A stretch of 64,000 bases of DNA from Candidatus Latescibacterota bacterium (GTDB taxonomy: Bacteria > Latescibacterota > UBA2968 > UBA8231). Where the stretch lies: NCBI GenBank assembly GCA_965215195.1, contig CBDCDC010000002.1, forward strand, positions 3,840,001-3,904,000, in the 5' to 3' direction. The position numbers and the translations under genes were made by a program. Shown here piece by piece: positions 61,674 through 64,000 of the stretch (positions within the stretch are counted from its first letter, which is position 1; every line of letters begins with the position of its first letter). The notes beneath the pieces were generated by a model, which was given only the letters and a program-made list of their open reading frames with translations, had not been told where the DNA came from and did no database searches.

Positions 61674-64000
61674 TGCGATGCGGTTCAACACAGGGGTGGG
61701 CGGTGGTTTGCCTGCTGGCCGGGCTGCTGCCGGCCGGTGCCCAACCCGACTACGGCAACCGCTTGGGAATCAACGAAGCGGACCGGGTTTCCTATTACGC
61801 CTCCGGCCCACTCGTGCAGCAGGCCGCGCTCGTCCCGGCGTTGAAGCGCTGGTACATGCCGCAGGAAATCGCCCCGGAATACCGCTGGCAGTGGGAGTAC
61901 ACCAACTACGCGCGGGATCCCTACCGGCGCTATTTTTCTCCCGCGCAGGAAGGCGACTATTTCTACGACCTGTACGGGCGCTATCTGACCAAGGGTTGGC
62001 TGGTGTACGACTGGCGGCAGCGGCAGCCGACCAGCTCCGGGGGATCGGGCCTGCTCAAACCGGACGGGCGCTACAACTCGTGGTTCAGCAACCTGCTCAT
62101 CGCCACCGATGCCAAGGGCCAGCACTATTTGGGGGTGACCATTGGCGACCTGATCAACACCACGCTGACGCCGATGACGTTCCGCAAAACCCGCTTCAAC
62201 GGGGTGCAGTTCGACTATGCGGCCGACCGCTTGGCCGCTACCGCGCTGATGTCGCGGATCAGTCTGCCGGTAGATCAGATCGCCCCGGGCGTACGCGTCC
62301 CCGTGGTCACCGAGAACTTTACCAACCTGCTCGGCTTGAGGGGCGAATGGCAGGTGCGCGACGCCGTGCGCTTGGGCGCGACCTTTGTCAACGCCCACAA
62401 CGGCCGAGCGCAAGCCGACCGCGGCGGCAACCCCTTCAAGGGCAAGCTGACCAATGGCCAACTGGAAAACCGCATCAATTGGATCATCGTCCGCATAACG
62501 GACGACTCGCCCGCAGACGGGGTGGGCGGGCCTACGGTTTTCGACCGGGATGTCGAAGTGCATACCCGAATCGGCGGCCGCGACACTGTGCTGGTGGGCA
62601 GCCAGATCGGCTTTCAGCCGCAGATAGAAGGTGGGACCACGCGCAATGGCTTCCCCCTTGCCGAAGGGGCCGGCAGCGAGGGCGCGATCACCTATCGGTA
62701 CAATTTCTCGGCTGAGGACCCGGCCGTGGTGGCCTTAGAAGACCTCATCGACGATGCCGATTTGGTCAACAACATTACCGCCGTGAAATTTCGCTTTCTA
62801 CTCAACAACGATTACCGGGTCGATGTCACTTCAGATGCCCAGACCGACAACGAACCTTTGGGGGCCCAATCCAAGTTTTTGAACGTGGTGCGGGCCGCGG
62901 GCAATGTCCAAGACAACTCCAATCAGCAGTGGGTCGTCTTCGACTACGGCCTGCCGACCGCGACCCAAGTCTTCGGCTTCAGCTTTGAGGTCAGCGATTG
63001 GGCGGGCTTTCGGCTGTACGCCGAGTACAACGTCAACCACCAGTTCCGGCAGTACCCCAATATCGCCCGCAAGACGCACCCCAGCGCGTCCGGCGTGTTG
63101 GGGAATGAGTCGGCCACGGGCTGGATGGTCAACGTCGCCAAAGAGCACTACCCCTTCTTCCTGTTCGGCGAGGCGTTTGGCATGGACGCCGAGTACAACA
63201 CCACGTCGTTCCTCGTGGATCAGGGCGGGCGCATCAATTACGGCGACGACGAAGAGGCGCGCTCGGAGTTTATCTACGACTTGGTCGACGACAACGACGA
63301 CAACGACATCCGCCTCGACCAGCGGCGCGACAAGGAGGGGCTGGCCGACGGAGCGGTGTTCCCCGGCCTCGACGAAAACAACGATTTCATTTCCGATTTC
63401 AACCAGAACAACACCTCAGTGCGCCCCAATTTCATGCCCGACTACGAGGAGCAGTTTTTGCGCCACTACGTCGATCGGCCGGAATTTGTCTTTGCCCTCG
63501 ACTTGAACAACAATGGTTGGGGCGAGCGCTTTGAGAACGACGACGAGCCGGACTATCCCTACAAGCGCGACCGGCGCGGGTACAACGCCTACTTGGGGGC
63601 ATGGCTGACGCCGGAGCTGAAGTGGATGGCCGGGCAAGAGCAAGTGCAACGCTTATCGACCGGCGAAAAGAACCTGACCCGCTACGCCCTGCTGGCCTAC
63701 GAGCGCAATTTTCCGCGGGCCGGCAATGCGGCGTTCTACAACATGTTCAAGCTGGTGCAGGACGATATCGCCGACGACGTGGTCCAGTGGGTGACGGCGC
63801 GGCCCGAACTGGGCCGACCCCTCGACTCGTCTGGTTCGATGCAGCCGATCGCGGATCCGCTGGCCATGCGCGACGCCCTCGTCAATCGGCTGTGGGCTGG
63901 TTTCAGTGGCAAGACCTACAAGGGCATCAACACCGAGGGCAAGTTCATCCACGAGTTCATTCGGCAGCGCGACGCAAACGGCCGCAACACGCGGCGGCTG
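61673..64000 (+). CDS. Paralog of the 58881-61673 protein (3' end outside the window)
   Basis: ATG at 61673 overlapping the previous TGA; no stop before the window end, so absent from the ORF track. MRCGSTQGWAVVCLLAGLLPAGAQ...'PALKRWYMPQE', 'QWEYTNYARD', 'FYDLYG', 'AAGNVQDNSNQQWVVFDYGLP', 'DDNDDND', 'RFENDDEPDYPY'. Confidence 0.85.
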   Translation, partial: MRCGSTQGWAVVCLLAGLLPAGAQPDYGNRLGINEADRVSYYASGPLVQQAALVPALKRWYMPQEIAPEYRWQWEYTNYARDPYRRYFSPAQEGDYFYDLYGRYLTKGWLVYDWRQRQPTSSGGSGLLKPDGRYNSWFSNLLIATDAKGQHYLGVTIGDLINTTLTPMTFRKTRFNGVQFDYAADRLAATALMSRISLPVDQIAPGVRVPVVTENFTNLLGLRGEWQVRDAVRLGATFVNAHNGRAQADRGGNPFKGKLTNGQLENRINWIIVRITDDSPADGVGGPTVFDRDVEVHTRIGGRDTVLVGSQIGFQPQIEGGTTRNGFPLAEGAGSEGAITYRYNFSAEDPAVVALEDLIDDADLVNNITAVKFRFLLNNDYRVDVTSDAQTDNEPLGAQSKFLNVVRAAGNVQDNSNQQWVVFDYGLPTATQVFGFSFEVSDWAGFRLYAEYNVNHQFRQYPNIARKTHPSASGVLGNESATGWMVNVAKEHYPFFLFGEAFGMDAEYNTTSFLVDQGGRINYGDDEEARSEFIYDLVDDNDDNDIRLDQRRDKEGLADGAVFPGLDENNDFISDFNQNNTSVRPNFMPDYEEQFLRHYVDRPEFVFALDLNNNGWGERFENDDEPDYPYKRDRRGYNAYLGAWLTPELKWMAGQEQVQRLSTGEKNLTRYALLAYERNFPRAGNAAFYNMFKLVQDDIADDVVQWVTARPELGRPLDSSGSMQPIADPLAMRDALVNRLWAGFSGKTYKGINTEGKFIHEFIRQRDANGRNTRRL

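Noticed and set aside
61678-62715. 345-aa ORF in the track downstream of the 931-aa gene
   Set aside because: Wrong frame; the real gene starts at 61673 and runs off the window end.
1-64000. CRISPR array, tRNA/rRNA, integrase or transposase genes
   Set aside because: No regularly spaced repeats, RNA gene signatures or recombinase motifs were seen by eye; the repeats found are dispersed MITEs.

Overview
GC-rich bacterial DNA. The DUF6785 membrane proteins, FlgD-Ig/T9SS-like C-terminal domains and a C-terminal 'TAVE..SWGRIK' motif suggest a Latescibacterota/Poribacteria-like lineage (inference only). From left to right: a lone PD-(D/E)XK nuclease, two SDR/epimerases, a DUF1538-DUF1538-PII-CBS module, a TonB-dependent receptor (with a relic of a paralog upstream) and two enolase-superfamily genes. 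Next is a complete N-methylglutamate methylamine pathway (mgsABC, gmaS, mgdABCD/soxBDAG) broken up by defence insertions. These are a KpnI-like type II R-M pair, hicBA, and a ~17.7 kb block holding a type IIG R-M gene, higBA and a type I R-M operon packed with accessory genes (Schlafen-like AlbA_2 protein, mazEF, a HEPN gene whose MNT antitoxin is fused to HsdS, a TPR membrane protein, a DUF4365 pair). After that come trkHA, rhaM, a BNR protein, a cfa-like methyltransferase and an orphan family-5 solute-binding protein. The window ends in a ~13 kb cluster of uncharacterised secreted proteins. Three copies of a small MITE (13-bp TIRs, 9-bp TSDs, internal REP-like doublet) are present. No rRNA, tRNA, CRISPR array, integrase or transposase was seen. 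The best candidates for undescribed systems are the HEPN / MNT-HsdS guarded type I R-M, the terminal secreted-protein cluster and the REP-carrying MITE. All family assignments are from motif recognition by eye, not database searches.
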